NCBI GenBank assembly: GCA_965216755.1
Contig: CBDCGL010000011.1
Span: 2,624,001-2,688,000 of the forward strand
DNA length: 64,000 nt
Direction: 5' to 3'
From: Alphaproteobacteria bacterium
GTDB lineage: Bacteria > Pseudomonadota > Alphaproteobacteria > UBA7887
Under the pieces are notes generated by a model. It did no database searches. It was not told the origin of the DNA and was given only the letters and a program-made list of their open reading frames with translations. Shown in pieces: positions 61,156 through 64,000 of the stretch (the first letter of the stretch is position 1; every line of letters starts with the position of its first letter). The position numbers and the translations under genes are program-made.

Positions 61156-62557
61156 CCCTCGTCCACGCGGTGTGAAATTGCCCGGGCCGATCAATCCGAC
61201 CATAACCATGCGCACCGAAATAGTCGCGTTGGGCCTGCACCAAATTGGTCCACAGGCGCGGCTGGCGCAGCGAATCGAAATAGGCCAGTGCCGTGCTCAT
61301 GCCGGGACACGGAAGTCCCTGCGTGATCGCCACGGCGAGTACCCGCCGCAAATCGGGCACGGTGGCCGCCACGCGCTGGGCAAACCAGGGCACGGTCAAC
61401 AGACTGGAAACCACGCCGCGGTCACCGTAGGCCGCGGCGATTTCGTCCAAGTAACGGGCGCGGACGATACACCCGCCGCGCCAAATCTTGCTCACCTGGC
61501 CAAGATCCAGCTGCCAGTTATGCGACTCGGAGGCGGCGGCCATCAGAGCGAAGCCTTGGTCATAGGCGCAAAACGTCGCCATATCCAGGGCGCCTTTGAT
61601 CGCGGCGGCCAGATCCGGTGACGCGGCTGTGGCGGCGGACGCAGCGAAGCGATTCTGCACAGCGGCACGCATGGCAACTTGCCCCGACAGCGCGCGCGCA
61701 AACACCGCGGCGGCGACATTAGGCACCGGCACACCGGTTTCGAGGCCGGAAATCGAGGTCCATACTCCCGTGCCCTTGTGGCCCGCTTGATCCGCGATCA
61801 CCTCAACCAGTGGCCGGCCAGTATCCGGATCGTTGGTGGCCAGAATCGCGGCCGTAATCTCCAGCAAGTAAGAGCCGGTTTCACCCGCGGCCCAGTCCGC
61901 GAACATCCCCGCCATGGCGACATGATCGCAGTCGGCGCCATCACGCAGCAGCACGTAGGCTTCGCCGATCGCCTGCATGACCGCATATTCGATGCCGTTA
62001 TGCACCATCTTGACGAAGTGGCCAGCGCCGTCCGCACCGACATAGCCGCAACAGGGCTCTCCATCCGCCTGCGCCGCGATTGACTCCAACATCGGACCGG
62101 CCAACCGATACGCTGCCGGATCGCCGCCCGCCATGATCGCCGGACCGTGCCGCGCGCCTTCTTCGCCGCCGCTGATGCCGGCGCCCAAAAACAACAATCG
62201 GCCCTCGGCCAGCCGCGCGGCGCGCCGCTGGCTGTCCGCATAGTGGGCATTGCCGCCATCGATCACCGTGTCGCCGGGCGTCAAGAGCGGCAGCACGTCA
62301 TCGAGCTGCGCGTCCACCGGCGCACCCGCTTTGACCATCAGCAATAGCACCCGCGGCGGCCGCAACGCGGCAACGAATTCGGCGAGCGTGCGATAACCGG
62401 CCACTGGGCGATCGCCGACCGTCGCGACAAAATCGTCGGTGACCCGCGCCGTGCGGTTGAACACCGCCACGCGATAGCCGCGATCAGCCAAATTCAGTGC
62501 CAAATTTCGGCCCATCACGGCAAGCCCGATTAGACCGATGTCTGCTGGTTGCGCCAT
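61142..62557 (-). CDS. gnd: NADP-dependent 6-phosphogluconate dehydrogenase
   Basis: GLAVMG, MVKAG, DGGN, SGGEEGA, KMVHNGIEY, QAQRDYFGAH. Confidence 0.96.
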   Translation of the reverse strand: MAQPADIGLIGLAVMGRNLALNLADRGYRVAVFNRTARVTDDFVATVGDRPVAGYRTLAEFVAALRPPRVLLLMVKAGAPVDAQLDDVLPLLTPGDTVIDGGNAHYADSQRRAARLAEGRLLFLGAGISGGEEGARHGPAIMAGGDPAAYRLAGPMLESIAAQADGEPCCGYVGADGAGHFVKMVHNGIEYAVMQAIGEAYVLLRDGADCDHVAMAGMFADWAAGETGSYLLEITAAILATNDPDTGRPLVEVIADQAGHKGTGVWTSISGLETGVPVPNVAAAVFARALSGQVAMRAAVQNRFAASAATAASPDLAAAIKGALDMATFCAYDQGFALMAAASESHNWQLDLGQVSKIWRGGCIVRARYLDEIAAAYGDRGVVSSLLTVPWFAQRVAATVPDLRRVLAVAITQGLPCPGMSTALAYFDSLRQPRLWTNLVQAQRDYFGAHGYGRIDRPGQFHTAWTRDGGD

Positions 62558-62676
62558 GCGCTGCGCCCTTTTCGGCATGATAAATGGCCCCTGGGACTCG
62601 ACGGCGCCGGCGCGGACGTGATAGCGCTGCGGATCGGGGCTTATGCGCGAGTCACCGCGTAAGGGAGATCACCATC

Positions 62677-63465
62677 ATGACCCACTCATCGGCACCTGTG
62701 AATGACTACGGCTTGGATGGCAAGGTCGCCATCGTGACCGGCGCGGCCCGTGGCATCGGTCGCGCCCACGCGACGGCATTGGCGCGTGCCGGCGCGGCCG
62801 TGGTGGCATCCGATGTCTCGGACTGTTCGGAAACCGTCGGCGCGATCGAGGCGACCGGCGGCCGCGCGATCGCGGCCTTGGCCGATGTGGCAGACGGCGC
62901 CGCGGTGCAAGCCATGGCGACACAAGCCGTCGAAGCGTTTGGGCGGATTGACGTGTTGGTCAACAATGCCGCGCTTTACGGCGCCCTGCATGGCGGCCCC
63001 TTTGACCGCATCACCGAGCAAGAATGGGATGCCTGCATGGCGGTCAACGTCAAAGGCCTGTGGCAGTGCGCCAAGGCCGTGGTGCCGGCGATGCGTGAAC
63101 AAGGCGGCGGCAGCATCGTCAATATCTCGTCGCTGGCCGCAATCTATGGCATGGCCAATGGCCTACATTATGTGACATCAAAGGCGGCGGTGATTGGCAT
63201 CACCCGCGGCCTCGCCCGCGAACTCGGTCGCAATTGGATCCGGGTCAACAGTATCGCGCCAAGCGCCGTCGAAACCGAAGGCACCAGCGAGTTCTTTGGC
63301 GAAGGCGTCGACCGCGCCTACGAAGTCATCCGCAACGGTCAATCGCTCAGGCGCACCTTGGCGCCGGACGATGTTGCCGACGCCATGTTGTTCCTGGCCG
63401 GCCAAGGCAGCCGTTTCGTGACCGGCCAAACCCTGATGGTCGACGGCGGCACCGCATTTCTTTAA
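62677..63465 (+). CDS. Short-chain dehydrogenase/reductase
   Basis: TGAARGIG, VNNA, YVTSK. Confidence 0.92.
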   Translation: MTHSSAPVNDYGLDGKVAIVTGAARGIGRAHATALARAGAAVVASDVSDCSETVGAIEATGGRAIAALADVADGAAVQAMATQAVEAFGRIDVLVNNAALYGALHGGPFDRITEQEWDACMAVNVKGLWQCAKAVVPAMREQGGGSIVNISSLAAIYGMANGLHYVTSKAAVIGITRGLARELGRNWIRVNSIAPSAVETEGTSEFFGEGVDRAYEVIRNGQSLRRTLAPDDVADAMLFLAGQGSRFVTGQTLMVDGGTAFL

Positions 63466-63490
63466 TCAGCCTGTCTTACAGAGGAGTCTC

Positions 63491-64000
63491 ATGGCGCTTC
63501 CCGGAACCAGTGGCCGTCATCGCATCTATCTGATGCGCCATGGCGAAGTGTCCTACTTCGACGCCGACGGCAAGCCGGTGAACCCGAAAACGGTCAGCTT
63601 GACCGAGCGCGGCACCCACCAGGCGCAGGCGGCGCGCGACGCCCTCGCCGCCGTGCCATTCGATCGGGTGCTATGTTCCGGCCTGCCACGAGCCCAGCAA
63701 ACCGCTGAAATCGTTGTCGAAGGGCGCGGCCTGACGGTTGACGAAGATCCCGATCTGGGTGAGCTGCGCGGCGGCCGCTTCGCCGATATCCCGCGCGAAC
63801 GGTGGGAAGCCGAGTTTGTCTATGGCTTCGAAAACGCGACCGCCCCCGGCGCGTCATTTGCCGGCGGTGAATCCTATGCCGATTTCGAACATCGTGTGGT
63901 TGGTGGTTTGACCCGGTTTTTCGACGCGCCCGGTTGGACACGCGCCCTGATCGTCGCCCATGACGGCGTCAATCGGATGATCTTGAGCTGGGCCTGCGGC
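63491..64000 (+). CDS. Histidine phosphatase family protein, 3'-truncated by window edge (absent from ORF track)
   Basis: RBS GAGGAG, ATG 63491, translation MALPGTSGRHRIYLMRHGEV...RAQQTA...GGES...VAHDG; open to the end. Confidence 0.88.
   Translation, partial: MALPGTSGRHRIYLMRHGEVSYFDADGKPVNPKTVSLTERGTHQAQAARDALAAVPFDRVLCSGLPRAQQTAEIVVEGRGLTVDEDPDLGELRGGRFADIPRERWEAEFVYGFENATAPGASFAGGESYADFEHRVVGGLTRFFDAPGWTRALIVAHDGVNRMILSWACG

Noticed and set aside
1-64000. rRNA, tRNA, riboswitch, prophage or integrase
   Set aside because: None recognisable by eye; small RNAs cannot be excluded without a covariance-model search

Overview
GC-rich alphaproteobacterial (Rhodospirillales-like) chromosome segment. 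About 1-22.5 kb is housekeeping: waaA-lpxK-lpxL, M23 peptidase, xseA, purD, tadA, rluB, rsmD, and a minus-strand run ribF-ileS-lspA-DUF3035-2x M16 peptidase-pgi-mutL preceded by a MaoC dehydratase. About 22.7-60 kb is accessory. It holds a His-rich metal operon pairing a MacB/FtsX-type ABC module with a ZnuA-type binding protein, catabolic enzymes, and a tandem array of three mosaic membrane receptor cyclases (class III cyclase-TM-[TolB_N-like+TPR]x1-2) with an atypical Asp/Thr base-selecting pair. That array is followed directly by an uncharacterised three-gene coiled-coil/DUF6384 membrane operon. Further right are an orphan nosR next to a hemerythrin gene, an internally deleted Na+/H+ antiporter remnant, an internally deleted IS5 element with intact ends, a fourth canonical adenylate cyclase, a second hemerythrin and a strongly AT-rich motif-laden intergenic block. 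The window ends with ytoQ-like, gntK-gnd, an SDR and a truncated histidine phosphatase. No rRNA, tRNA or CRISPR array was seen. All family calls are from motif recognition by eye, not database searches.
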